In this document: positions 28,786 through 39,029 of the stretch, piece after piece
Numbering within the stretch: the stretch's first letter is position 1
Layout: each line of letters starts with the position of its first letter
Assembly (NCBI GenBank): GCA_963787835.1
Contig: CAWBEI010000002.1
Location: 1,792,001 to 1,856,000 of the forward strand
Direction: 5' to 3'
DNA: 64,000 nucleotides
Source: Ignavibacteriota bacterium
Lineage (GTDB): Bacteria; Bacteroidota; Ignavibacteria; Palsa-1295
Made by a program: the position numbers and the translations under genes
Notes under the pieces: generated by a model
Database searches by the model: none
Seen by the model: the letters and a program-made list of their open reading frames with translations, nothing else
Told to the model about the DNA's origin: nothing

Positions 28786-29060
28786 ATAGCCCAGGGTGAA
28801 GCAAAGCAGAACCCTGGGTGACGATTCATCTTTCTCCCCTCCCGCACCAGCGGGAGGGGCCGGGGGAGGGTGTGTCGTTTATTCAAACGTCACATTACAC
28901 CGCGACTCCCTCCCCTAACCCCTCCCGCAAGCGGGAGGGGAATAATTCATCGCCCTTTCAGGGCTTGGGAGCCTAAGACGCGACGCTATCCCACCCGCCG
29001 CGGCGGGCGCTCGCAAGCTCGCTACACCCTGGGCTGCGAGTACTCCGTCGCTCCGCGACT
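28786..29060. repeat. Cluster of nested REP-like palindromes
   Basis: Outer AGCCCAGGGTG/CACCCTGGGCT; an inner inverted pair of CCCCTCCCGC-N-GCGGGAGGGG hairpins; GCCCTTTCAGGGC. Confidence 0.75.
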
Positions 29061-29241
29061 AAACTTGCCCTATCTCATCTTTCATCTTTTCCCCGTCCCC
29101 GCCAGCCGCGAAATTCGAAATTTTGCTATAGCTCCATTGGGGTGACGTAGTTTGTGCTGCGCGGAAAAAACCCCAGTTTATGGTATTAATTTTTGACCTG
29201 TTTTCCAAGAAACACAGAAATCGGTTCGCGTAATTCTGTTT

Positions 29242-31443
29242 ATGAAAATTCTTGCCTTCCTCACAATATATACCTTTGCAACCGCCGAATGTAGTGCACA
29301 GACTGATTCGTTGGAGTCTTTTTCGATCTGTGGCTCGGTGATTTCATCTGGTGACAGCACTCCAATTGCAGGCTGTCGAGTTAAGCTTGCTGAATTGAAA
29401 GCAGGCCCACTAACTGATACGAATGGGAAGTTTTGTTTACACGTTCTCAAAGGCGGCTCACATACACTAATTATCACGGCCTATGGACATACCTCATTGC
29501 ATCAAACAATCTCCTTGTGGAATCGTGATACTTTTATTACCTTCTTACTCACTCAACGTCCGATTTCAGCAGATACGATTGAAGTTCAAGCATCAAGAGT
29601 AGAAACGGAACCTAGCATGAAGCAATCAGCTAAGGTTCATCCGAGCTTGGTGACTATTTCAGATTCAAATTTTAACACTCCATTCTCAATCTATGAAGAT
29701 CCATCAAGAATAGCACAGACCTTTGCAGGTGTCTCCAGCAGTAGCGCAATCAATAATGAAATCGTTGTACGTGGTGGTTCGCCAAATGAGGTTCTATGGA
29801 AACTTGACGGAATGGATATCCCGAACCCAAATCATTTTGCTCGAGCCGGGACGGCAGGAGGGGTTTTGAGTGCAATTAATCCGACTATGCTCTCAAACGG
29901 CGATTTTTACTCCGGTGCATTTCCTGCTGAATTCGGTTCGCGTCTGTCAGCAGTGTACGATCTGCATACTCGGGATGGAAATCTCGAACAGTGGAAATGG
30001 AGCGCACAAGTTAGTTTTATAGGGTTGGAAGGTTCCGTTGAAGGGCCAATTGGAACAAGCGGAAGCTCGCTACTTATGGGCGTTCGGTACTCCACCCTTC
30101 AAATGCTTCAGAATACTGGCGCTTTGAACCTTAGCTCTATTCCCAGCTTCGACGATCTCAATACAAAAATGCACTTTATCCTCAGCCCCTTGGATACGTT
30201 AAACATGACAGCCCTTTGGGGTTCATCAACAGTTGATCTTGCTCAAAGAACAGATCAGGTAAGTAGCGGTTCTGGGGTCGATGCTATCGGACTTCGGTGG
30301 TTGCATTCGTTTTTACCAAGCACCTCCATGGAGGTCGCAGTTAGTAAAGTAGATAATTCATACAGGGATGATTTCGATACTTTAGCGTCGAACCAAAAAG
30401 AAGGATATGTTGGCGCGCGAATAGGTCTCTCTTACCGGTCTGATTCTACCACGGCTCTAAATTTTGGGTTGGAAGGGAGACGAGAGCAACTACCTACCAT
30501 TGCGGGAACTGGAACGGATTCATCCCTGATATCGCCAGCAACAAATTACTACTCCACTTTTGGTGAATGGATATGGACACCAGTGAAGTGGATCTCTTTG
30601 AACTCTGGGGTCTATTCTCAATATCTGGCCATAAGTAATCAAAGTTCCATCGAACCACGAGAGTCTTTGACGTTCCATCTTGGCAGTGATCACAGCCTCT
30701 GGCTTGCGTATGGACTTCATCGCCAGCCGGAATTACTCCAATTTGTTCAGGCTGATCATTTCGTTGCCGGATATAGCTACAACCCCGATCCCACGCTTTT
30801 ATTTAAGATCGAGGGATATCAGAAATATTATTCCCACGCTCCGATAGACGCTCAATCGGATGCCTTCTCACTACTTAACAGCGGCGTTGGAACAGACGAT
30901 AACTATAGCACCTATGTCTATGCAGGGAAGGGTAAAGTTACCGGGGCTGAAATGACGTGGTCAGCTCGAAATGATGCGTCTTACGCTTTGATCACAGCGT
31001 CCTACGTCCATCAGCAGTATTTAGCGTCGGATGGCATTTGGCGTGACGGAGCTTTCGATAGCAGGTTCATTTTCAATGTGGTCTCCGGAGAGACCGTTCA
31101 TTTCCGAGGCACGACAACATTAACACTCACGGAAAAATTAGTTGTTGTGGGCGGAAATCCTTATACACCAATTGACCTCGCAGCGTCTGCAAGTGCAGGA
31201 ACTACCATTCTCGATTCATCACAAACACTCGGTGCCAGGAATCCTCCTTACATCCGTTTGGATGTTGGTGTCGATGTCGGACTAAAGTGGAACAGCATGT
31301 CGATCGATATATATTTAAATGTTCTTAATGCGCTCGGAATCAATAATATTCTTGACCGCTACTATGATACTTATTTCAAGGACGTGGATTATGATTACGA
31401 TCTACCGTTCGTACCGATTCTTGGAATTCGTGTAACCGATTAA
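29242..31443 (+). CDS. TonB-dependent receptor-like protein with N-terminal carboxypeptidase-like domain
   Basis: Signal peptide, TDTNGKF, plug motif IVVRGGSPNEVLWKLDGMDIPNPNHF, GAFPAEFG, C-terminal PILGIR. Confidence 0.88.
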   Translation: MKILAFLTIYTFATAECSAQTDSLESFSICGSVISSGDSTPIAGCRVKLAELKAGPLTDTNGKFCLHVLKGGSHTLIITAYGHTSLHQTISLWNRDTFITFLLTQRPISADTIEVQASRVETEPSMKQSAKVHPSLVTISDSNFNTPFSIYEDPSRIAQTFAGVSSSSAINNEIVVRGGSPNEVLWKLDGMDIPNPNHFARAGTAGGVLSAINPTMLSNGDFYSGAFPAEFGSRLSAVYDLHTRDGNLEQWKWSAQVSFIGLEGSVEGPIGTSGSSLLMGVRYSTLQMLQNTGALNLSSIPSFDDLNTKMHFILSPLDTLNMTALWGSSTVDLAQRTDQVSSGSGVDAIGLRWLHSFLPSTSMEVAVSKVDNSYRDDFDTLASNQKEGYVGARIGLSYRSDSTTALNFGLEGRREQLPTIAGTGTDSSLISPATNYYSTFGEWIWTPVKWISLNSGVYSQYLAISNQSSIEPRESLTFHLGSDHSLWLAYGLHRQPELLQFVQADHFVAGYSYNPDPTLLFKIEGYQKYYSHAPIDAQSDAFSLLNSGVGTDDNYSTYVYAGKGKVTGAEMTWSARNDASYALITASYVHQQYLASDGIWRDGAFDSRFIFNVVSGETVHFRGTTTLTLTEKLVVVGGNPYTPIDLAASASAGTTILDSSQTLGARNPPYIRLDVGVDVGLKWNSMSIDIYLNVLNALGINNILDRYYDTYFKDVDYDYDLPFVPILGIRVTD

Positions 31444-31615
31444 GCTGCTGGCGTACCCACGAATCGTAAGGTTACGAACGAACGGACGTGCTCAGCGGGT
31501 CCCCATACTTATTGTATTTATAATAATAATTTTCTTCTGATCTACCCATATCCACAACAGCCCTGCGTTTTAAGGTAGATCGTCCCAGCGTCAGATTCAG
31601 GAACGTAAGTGAAGC

Positions 31616-33277
31616 CTACCCCTCCAACATCTCCCCCACAATTTTCACCGGTGGAGATCCCCAGCTTAGCAGGCGGTTGTGGAAATCGGAGAGAGAGAAG
31701 CGGCCATCAGTTTCGCGCTGCAAGCGGGAGCGTAGTTCCCTTATCTGGAACTTACCGAGCGTATAGAATAAATAGCCGGGATCGAACACCCCGCGCTCGG
31801 CTTCACGTTTGGCGGCATGGGGCCGCAGCAGCGCTTTTTCTTCGAACAAATGCTGCGCCTCGGAGAGCGTCATCGTGCCGGAGTGCAGCCCTATCGCCGA
31901 AAGATACCGTGCCACGCGTATCAGCGCTTCCTGAATGTAGGCCAGCCGAATGCGTGCGTCGCCGGAACCCCAGCCTTGTTCGAGCATCATTTCTTCGGTG
32001 TAATGCGCCCATCCCTCAATAAAGGCATACGATGCAAAAGTTTTCCCGATCTTGCTCAGCGCTTTTTGAATGTGAAGGAAATGCACGTAATGTCCCGGAT
32101 ACGCCTCATGGATCGAAATAATTTCAAGCACCGAGCGGTTCAATCCATGCAAAAATTCCTTGCGTTTTGCTTCATCCCAACTTGCTTCCGGCAGTGTCAC
32201 ATAATAAAATGCTTCTGTCGCGACCTTTTCGAATGCGCCGGGGCTATCCATCGCTGCGAAAGCCCATCGCATGTGCGCCGGCGTTTCGCGAACGGTGCAG
32301 CGAACTTCGGATGGGATCGCAACAATATCATTCTGAATAATGAATGAGCGGATGCGTTCGAGCATCGTCGTCGTCTGCGCGATAATGCTCTGCTCGCTAA
32401 AGTGATCGCTCTCGATGTACGTATGGAACACTTCACGCGGAGTAAGCTTGGAATCGAGTTCCTCGCTGGCGCGGTAGAGTTCGAGCGTCAGGTGCTCCAG
32501 TTCCCGGCGCCCCTTGTCGAGCAGGGTTTCGAGCGAATCGGTGACGAGTTCCGCAGACTGTACGAAGCGTTCGAACAGATTCGCGCCAAGCCGGAAGTAA
32601 TCGTACAGCGCCGTTGGCAGCACGACCGTTCGCACCGCTTCAAGGAAGCTCGAAACCGCCATTCTTGCGCTTGGGATAGCATCGTGCAGATCCTGCATGA
32701 GAGCGGCATCTTCGATCTTGCCTTCGTACTTACTGGGCAATCCGTCGAGGTATTGAAGAATGCCTTCGAGCGATTCGATACTCGTCTCGACGATGGTGCG
32801 GTCGAGCTTGGTGGCAAGGTTTTGCCTGGCCACAGCCAGAATGCGAGGATAGGCGCGCAAGCGCGCGAGCACCGAACGCATGCGTGCCGTCAGCGGAGCA
32901 AACTCGCGGTCGATAAGATGCGATAGTTCCAACTGTCCGTTGTAGGACATCGGGTTCCATTCATACTCTTTTAACTCGGTGAGCCGAAAGATCTCATCGC
33001 GCAGCTTCCATTCGATCATCCGGCACTCATAACGTGTCAGATCGTCGGCAGCGACATGCGCGGCCGAGGAGCCGGAAAAATCCCGATCGAGAATGATAAG
33101 GGCGCACCGCAATTCATGCAGATATTCTTCGCGCCTTGGGGCGCTGTAATCTTCGACGAGCGCATCGTACTCGTGCAAACCGAGTACCGATGCAGTTGTC
33201 GGATAATATCCGAGATAGATAGAAAGCACATATTCCCGGAATTCACCAAAATCGAAATACTTGCGAGGGGCAATCAT
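31616..33277 (-). CDS. DUF885 family protein (zincin-like)
   Basis: Motifs HEAYPGHYVH, FIEGWAHYTE, YLFYTLGK, FHNRLL. Confidence 0.9.
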   Translation of the reverse strand: MIAPRKYFDFGEFREYVLSIYLGYYPTTASVLGLHEYDALVEDYSAPRREEYLHELRCALIILDRDFSGSSAAHVAADDLTRYECRMIEWKLRDEIFRLTELKEYEWNPMSYNGQLELSHLIDREFAPLTARMRSVLARLRAYPRILAVARQNLATKLDRTIVETSIESLEGILQYLDGLPSKYEGKIEDAALMQDLHDAIPSARMAVSSFLEAVRTVVLPTALYDYFRLGANLFERFVQSAELVTDSLETLLDKGRRELEHLTLELYRASEELDSKLTPREVFHTYIESDHFSEQSIIAQTTTMLERIRSFIIQNDIVAIPSEVRCTVRETPAHMRWAFAAMDSPGAFEKVATEAFYYVTLPEASWDEAKRKEFLHGLNRSVLEIISIHEAYPGHYVHFLHIQKALSKIGKTFASYAFIEGWAHYTEEMMLEQGWGSGDARIRLAYIQEALIRVARYLSAIGLHSGTMTLSEAQHLFEEKALLRPHAAKREAERGVFDPGYLFYTLGKFQIRELRSRLQRETDGRFSLSDFHNRLLSWGSPPVKIVGEMLEG

Positions 33278-33300
33278 AAAAATTCCTATTCGAATTATTG

Positions 33301-34284
33301 TTAACCAAGTTTTACTTCGGACGAATCGCCGACATTGATCTGGCGCACACTGCCCTGAACTCTGGCATTGTTCCCGACAATGCTGCCGGTGAGTATAATA
33401 TTCTCCACCAACGCTCCATCTCCGATGATGCTGTCGTGAATGATCGCATTCCGCACACGGGTTCCCGCGCCGATCGTGGCATAGGGGCCAAGAATGGCAT
33501 TTTCAACATCTGCTGTTTCGGATATAAATACGGGTTCCTGTACAACGGTATGCGGAAGCGCGCGGCTTTGGGATCTTTTATCGAGTAACGCGCGGTTGGT
33601 ACTGAGCAATGTTTCCGGTTTGCCGCAATCGTACCAGCCCTTGAGCGGGAATGTCGCAAACTTCTCGCCGCGCTCGATCATCATTTGCAGCGCGTCCGTC
33701 AGTTGGTACTCATTCTTGGTGCGCGTATCGGACGCAATAAGTTCTTCCAAGCATGTTCGCAGCAGCGGGGGATTCCGGAAATAGTAAAGCCCCGCGATCA
33801 TCCAATTGCTCTTTGGATGTTCCGGCTTCTCGACGAGCCGCGTTGCAATTCCGCCTTCGGATTCTACTACGCCAAACCGGCGCGGGTCATCCACGTAGAA
33901 CACGCCGAGCGCGCTGGTATTTCCTTGAAAAACAGATTTGAGATCAACATCGAAGATCGTATCACCAAGCACGATGAAGAGCGGGGAGCCATCGGAGGGA
34001 ATATCCTCTCGTGCCATCCAGATGGCGTGGCCGAGGCCAAGTAATTCCGTTTGTTCGACAAAGTTGACAGGAAGAGTGGGATAACGCTGTCGCGTGAACT
34101 CCCGCACAGCATCGCCTAAGTATCCGACAATGATGGTCGCGCTGGTGACGCCATCGGCAATAATTTGATCGAGTATGTGCGCAAGAATAGGCTTTCCAGC
34201 CACATTCAGGAGCACTTTCGGAAGGCTGAATGTATGCGGCCTAAGCCGCGTGCCAAAACCTGCTACCGGGATAATTGCATGCAT
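33301..34284 (-). CDS. Sugar-phosphate nucleotidyltransferase (long-form glucose-1-phosphate thymidylyltransferase-like)
   Basis: Motifs PVAGFGTRLRPHT..PK, VEKP, EYQLTDAL, WYDCG and C-terminal left-handed beta-helix repeats. Confidence 0.9.
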   Translation of the reverse strand: MHAIIPVAGFGTRLRPHTFSLPKVLLNVAGKPILAHILDQIIADGVTSATIIVGYLGDAVREFTRQRYPTLPVNFVEQTELLGLGHAIWMAREDIPSDGSPLFIVLGDTIFDVDLKSVFQGNTSALGVFYVDDPRRFGVVESEGGIATRLVEKPEHPKSNWMIAGLYYFRNPPLLRTCLEELIASDTRTKNEYQLTDALQMMIERGEKFATFPLKGWYDCGKPETLLSTNRALLDKRSQSRALPHTVVQEPVFISETADVENAILGPYATIGAGTRVRNAIIHDSIIGDGALVENIILTGSIVGNNARVQGSVRQINVGDSSEVKLG

Positions 34285-34422
34285 GGAAGTATGCCAACGT
34301 AACGCATGGAAGTAAGGCAACCTAACGGGGCAATCCAAAGAATTATCCCTTATTCATCTGCAAAAATACAAAATCTCTTATACGGTGGGCGTCAACTGCG
34401 CAAATGATGTGTTATTTGAGAT

Positions 34423-35469
34423 ATGCGAAAAACATTGTTCGGTTCATCGCTTCTGTTAGTGGCGATCGCGGTAGTTTCTATCTTGCAGGCTGGCTGTAGC
34501 TCATCGAGCACAACGACGCTATCGCAAGAAGTATCGAATGTCGAATGGCTGCCAGATGAATCCGGAATGGTCGCATTTATCGATCAGATCACCGAAGATG
34601 CGTATGGCAATCAGACGGAGGGCCAAAATCTTTATCAGGTTAATAGCAGCGGCTCGATCGGGAATGCGCTGAACTCCTCGGCAATATCCCCGGATCTGAA
34701 TTACTGGAGTGCGCCGGTCATTTATGTTTCTTCGGATGGCAAAACTGCGATCACGGGATTTGGAGCAGATATTTATTCGATCCCGACCGGAGGGGGGAAT
34801 GTAAACGATATTATTCAATCCACCGCGCTCTTTGGCATTTCCTCGGACGGCAAATATGCGATAACAAGCCCAACTCCCGCTAATGTCGCCGCCATCCTTT
34901 GGCCCTTTATGTTTTCATCGTCCAACATCACGGCCCAAACGCATCGGACGATACCCGGCATATTCAGCAATCGTGCATTGTGGCTCAATAACGATGAGTA
35001 CGCGCTATCCATCGTTGACTCAACGGATGCCCTGGGGCTTCACGAACATGTAACGATCTATAATGCGCAGGGGGATTCGGTGATGGCCATTCCGAATGGG
35101 GATGTTTCATTTTCCGCAAGTGCATTTTCACCCGGCGCGAACGAGATCTTCGTCCGTACGAACGCCTTTGGGATCGATGGGATCAATCTGACCACCGGGG
35201 TTCGTACCCAGATCATCAATACCGACAGCGTCGAGAGCATGGATGCGTCGAGCGATGGAACCCTTGTCGTTTATACTTCGAAGGAGGCTTCCCAAACCTA
35301 CGGGACGATGTATGCCGTAAACGCTTCAAACGGACATATTAAACCTATGAACGTTACAGGTATTATCCTGCCGCGTATCTCTCCCAAAGGCGATCGCGTC
35401 GCGTGCATCAATCAGATCGATGGACAGAACTCGAACATCAATGTGTTCACCGTGACCACTCCGCCATAA
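34423..35469 (+). CDS. Lipoprotein with TolB-like beta-propeller
   Basis: Lipobox LQAGC plus Ser/Thr linker; WLPD, SSDGK, FSPG, ISPKG repeats. Confidence 0.7.
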   Translation: MRKTLFGSSLLLVAIAVVSILQAGCSSSSTTTLSQEVSNVEWLPDESGMVAFIDQITEDAYGNQTEGQNLYQVNSSGSIGNALNSSAISPDLNYWSAPVIYVSSDGKTAITGFGADIYSIPTGGGNVNDIIQSTALFGISSDGKYAITSPTPANVAAILWPFMFSSSNITAQTHRTIPGIFSNRALWLNNDEYALSIVDSTDALGLHEHVTIYNAQGDSVMAIPNGDVSFSASAFSPGANEIFVRTNAFGIDGINLTTGVRTQIINTDSVESMDASSDGTLVVYTSKEASQTYGTMYAVNASNGHIKPMNVTGIILPRISPKGDRVACINQIDGQNSNINVFTVTTPP

Positions 35470-35583
35470 AAGGGAGCCGCCTATTTCACTAAATCTCTGA
35501 AACGATCAGTTCTTTTCGGCAGCAGCACTCGAGCACCCGCCGTGCTGTGAACAGCTCGGGTTAGAACAACCGGCCTTGCTTGA

Positions 35584-35766
35584 TTAGGCTTTTGTTGCAG
35601 TAGCTGCAGTGCAATGTCCGGAACATTTACCCGCACAATGACCGGAGCAAAGGGCAGTTTTCTTGCCCTTGTGCGATTTCGTCGTCGTTTTGGTGCCGTC
35701 GGTGGCATTGGCTGCTGTGGCGCTAAGGAAAAGCCCAATTGTGAGAAGGAGTGCAAACTTGCGCAT
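35584..35766 (-). CDS. Small secreted Cys/His-rich protein (60 aa)
   Basis: Clear signal peptide (MRKFALLL...AANA) followed by a Lys/Thr-rich linker and CSGHCAGKCSGHC. Confidence 0.7.
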   Translation of the reverse strand: MRKFALLLTIGLFLSATAANATDGTKTTTKSHKGKKTALCSGHCAGKCSGHCTAATATKA

Positions 35767-35854
35767 GATCGTCAGAAATTACTTAATTAAAGGATAATGA
35801 ACTATATTCGAACGCCGGGGCTTGAAAAAGGTTCATATTGAACATCTAAGAACA

Positions 35855-36760
35855 ATGAAATTAGCAATGATCGGTTTAGGCCGCATGGGTGCGAATATGG
35901 CCGAACGGCTTATTCGTGGTGGGCATGAAGTTATAGGATACGACCCCAACGAGAATGCCCGAAAGAGCGCCGAACAGACGGGAGTAACCTCCATTTCGTC
36001 CATTGAGTCCATTGCGGATGCATTACCGAAGCCCAAAATTCTCTGGATGATGGTTCCGGCAGGCAAAATTATTGAGGATACCATTGCAACGCTGACCCCG
36101 CTGCTGAAAACTGGCGATATCCTGATCGATGGCGGGAATTCTAATTACAAAGACACCATGCGCCGTGCGGAATCCTTGAAAAAGAACGGCATTGCATATA
36201 TCGATTCCGGAACAAGCGGCGGGATCTGGGGGCTTGCCGAAGGGTACTCAATGATGATCGGCGGAGATGAAACTGCAGTGGAATCGCTTCGGCCTATTTT
36301 CGAAACACTTGCACCGGCAAAAGATAAAGGATGGGGTAGGGTCGGGCCGTGCGGTGCGGGGCATTTTGTGAAAATGGTTCACAACGGCATCGAGTACGGC
36401 CTGATGCAGGCGTATGCCGAGGGATTCTCTATTCTAAAGCATAAAAAAGATTTCGATCTGGATACCCATCACGTGGCCGAGATCTGGCGATACGGAAGCG
36501 TCGTGCGTTCGTGGCTGCTCGACCTGGCTTCCGATGCGCTCGAAAAAAATCCCAATCTCGATGGTATTGCACCCATTGTTGCCGATACCGGCGAAGGCCG
36601 CTGGACGGTATTCGAGGCCATCGATCTCGATGTGCCTGCTCCGGTCATCACCCTTTCGCTTATGGAGCGCATTCGCTCGCGCGAAGTAGAATCCTTCGGA
36701 GACAAGCTCCTATCTGCTATGCGCAATGAGTTCGGCGGTCATGCCATCACGAAGGAATGA
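35855..36760 (+). CDS. gnd: Decarboxylating 6-phosphogluconate dehydrogenase (short form)
   Basis: Motifs GLGRMG, IDGGNS, GTSGG, GHFVKMVHNGIEYG, MRNEFGGH. Confidence 0.95.
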   Translation: MKLAMIGLGRMGANMAERLIRGGHEVIGYDPNENARKSAEQTGVTSISSIESIADALPKPKILWMMVPAGKIIEDTIATLTPLLKTGDILIDGGNSNYKDTMRRAESLKKNGIAYIDSGTSGGIWGLAEGYSMMIGGDETAVESLRPIFETLAPAKDKGWGRVGPCGAGHFVKMVHNGIEYGLMQAYAEGFSILKHKKDFDLDTHHVAEIWRYGSVVRSWLLDLASDALEKNPNLDGIAPIVADTGEGRWTVFEAIDLDVPAPVITLSLMERIRSREVESFGDKLLSAMRNEFGGHAITKE

Positions 36761-36763
36761 GGA

Positions 36764-36855
36764 GTGTCCCGAAGGGACACAAGGAAATAGCCAGGGACGT
36801 GAGTCCCCGGTGAGCGAAGACATATTTTTATAAAGCCCCGAAGGGGGCGAAAGGA
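36764..36855. repeat. REP-like hairpin cluster between gnd and zwf
   Basis: Hairpins GTGTCCC-GAA-GGGACAC, GGGAC-GTGA-GTCCC and GCCCC-GAAG-GGGGC. Confidence 0.6.
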
Positions 36856-36883
36856 AAAATCTTTAAGAAATAGATTTTGAATC

Positions 36884-38317
36884 ATGCCAATTAAACTCGA
36901 TCCGTGCCTTGCCTGTATTTTTGGTGGAACCGGCGATCTCGCACACCGAAAGATACTTCCCGCCGTCTTTGAAATGTCGCAGGCCGGACAATTGCCGAAG
37001 GAAACCATCATTCTCGCCATCGGACGTAATAAGAACAAGACCGATGCCTCGTTTCGCAAGGAGATCACCCTTTCGATCCAAAAAGCGCTCGGTAAGGATT
37101 TCGACGAGATCGAGGAATGGTGTGGTGCACGGATCTTCTATCATGGCATCTCGAAAGGATCGCGCGATGAATTCACTAAGCTTCGTTCACGGATCGCAAG
37201 CCTGGAACGAAAACATAAACTAACCGGAAATCGGATATTTCACCTTGCCATTCCGCCGCAGTTCTTTGCGCCGACGATCAAATCATTAGGCGTTTCCGGA
37301 TTGAATGAATCCAACGGTTGGACGCGTCTGGTCATTGAAAAGCCGTTCGGACGAGATCTTAAGACCGCTGTGGCTTTGAACGATATTATTTATACGTATT
37401 TCACCGAAGATCAGGTCTATCGCATCGACCACTATCTCGGCAAAGAGACGGTCCAGAATTTACTCGCATTCCGGTTTGGGAATTCTATTTTCGAGTCCAT
37501 CTGGAATCGGGAAAAGATCGAGAAGGTCGAGATCGTCGTCGCCGAAGAGCTTGGCATCGAGTCGCGCGCGGATTATTACGAAAAAAGCGGGGCCTTGCGC
37601 GATATGGTGCAAAACCATCTCACGCAGCTTCTGACACTTGCGGCAATGGAAATTCCGCTGGCCTTTAAAGCGGAAGATCTGCGTTTCGAAAAAGTAAAAG
37701 TGCTGCGTTCGATCGCGCCTATTAGGGCCGAAGATGTGGTCTTAGGACAATACACCGAAGGGGAACTTGCTGGCAATGGCGTGCTCGGATACCGGCAAGA
37801 AGATGGCGTCCGGAGCGATTCGAAAACGCCAACCTTCGTCGCGCTCAAAATAAGGATCGAAAATTGGCGGTGGCACGATGTCCCGTTCTATCTCACGACC
37901 GGCAAGCGGCTGAAGGAACGAAAATCGGAGATCATCGTCACGTTTCGGTGCCCGCCTGTTTCGTTGTTCAAATCTTCCGATGGCGAAGATGGTCATCCGA
38001 ACGTGCTCGTCATCTCGATCCAGCCTAACGAGGGGTTCCGCATTTCTTTCCAGGTCAAAAAACCGGGACAGGAGATGGCAGTCCAATCCGAATGGATGCA
38101 CTTCTCGTATGATGAAGCTTTCGGCCCGATGCCGGATGCGTATTACACGCTGCTTCGTGACGTAATGCTCGGCGATCAATCCCTCTTCGTTTCCGCCGAC
38201 GAAACGCTCGCATCCTGGAAACTATATACGCCTGTGCTGAACGCGCACCGCTCCTTACATAACTACCCCGCCGGTTCCTGGGGACCGAAAGAAGCGGAGA
38301 CATTGATGAAAGGTTAG
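36884..38317 (+). CDS. zwf: Glucose-6-phosphate dehydrogenase
   Basis: Motifs GGTGDLA, EKPFG, RIDHYLGKE, RDMVQNH. Confidence 0.97.
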   Translation: MPIKLDPCLACIFGGTGDLAHRKILPAVFEMSQAGQLPKETIILAIGRNKNKTDASFRKEITLSIQKALGKDFDEIEEWCGARIFYHGISKGSRDEFTKLRSRIASLERKHKLTGNRIFHLAIPPQFFAPTIKSLGVSGLNESNGWTRLVIEKPFGRDLKTAVALNDIIYTYFTEDQVYRIDHYLGKETVQNLLAFRFGNSIFESIWNREKIEKVEIVVAEELGIESRADYYEKSGALRDMVQNHLTQLLTLAAMEIPLAFKAEDLRFEKVKVLRSIAPIRAEDVVLGQYTEGELAGNGVLGYRQEDGVRSDSKTPTFVALKIRIENWRWHDVPFYLTTGKRLKERKSEIIVTFRCPPVSLFKSSDGEDGHPNVLVISIQPNEGFRISFQVKKPGQEMAVQSEWMHFSYDEAFGPMPDAYYTLLRDVMLGDQSLFVSADETLASWKLYTPVLNAHRSLHNYPAGSWGPKEAETLMKG

Positions 38318-38604
38318 ACCCGATCACGCCAATAGCCCGGTTTGCGTGATTGATGTGCAAGAGCGTTAATTACTATTTCGCCCGGTAGCACTTCATAAAG
38401 GATTGAAAATGGAAAGTTATGTAAGAATTTGACGCGCAATTTACCAGCGTGAATAGGGAATAAGTGGGGCGAATTCGCAATTGGAATCAAAGCCTCATCG
38501 AGTTCTTCAGTGAATCTAATTGCTGCCATCGGACTTTCTTCAATGTAGTAATCGAGTGCCTCGGTCAAGTCGGTTTCGGCTGCCGAGAGCCAACGAATTT
38601 TCAT
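38314..38604 (-). CDS. RelE/ParE family toxin
   Basis: MKIRWLSAAETDL...FPFSILY...HQSRKPGYW; 4-nt overlap with the antitoxin gene. Confidence 0.9.
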   Translation of the reverse strand: MKIRWLSAAETDLTEALDYYIEESPMAAIRFTEELDEALIPIANSPHLFPIHAGKLRVKFLHNFPFSILYEVLPGEIVINALAHQSRKPGYWRDRV

Positions 38605-38840
38605 CCTCGTTTGCTGGCTTGCTGAATTCTTTTCCGAGCGTTAGCCATGACTACATCTGAATCGGTCGCTTGCATCTCGCCGCGGTGGTAAGCTTCCATC
38701 CTCCGCTCGCCTTCTTCGACCCACAGTTTCATATTCTCGTCCTTCGAGAGATGTTCGGTGATCTCCTCGGCGAGCAAAGCCTGCTCGTGAGGGTCAAGTT
38801 CGAATACTTCCTCGCGCAGTTGTTCACGGTGTCTGTCCAT
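38601..38840 (-). CDS. Addiction-module antitoxin (TIGR02574-like)
   Basis: Motif LxxxEQALLAE...WVEEGERRMEAYHRG; lies directly upstream of the ParE-type toxin. Confidence 0.85.
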   Translation of the reverse strand: MDRHREQLREEVFELDPHEQALLAEEITEHLSKDENMKLWVEEGERRMEAYHRGEMQATDSDVVMANARKRIQQASKRG

Positions 38841-39029
38841 AGAAATACCAACTTCTTCTCGTCACCATAAAGTGCCCGCCATTCGGCTGCACTGATCTTG
38901 TTATGATTTTAAAAACAGGCATATTACGGAATAGTTACGCGCACGATTTGGTACTACCTCATATTTTCCGAACCCCGCGCCTCATTTTGCCGTTTGGCAC
39001 TTGCTCACTAACAAATACCTATCCATTCG

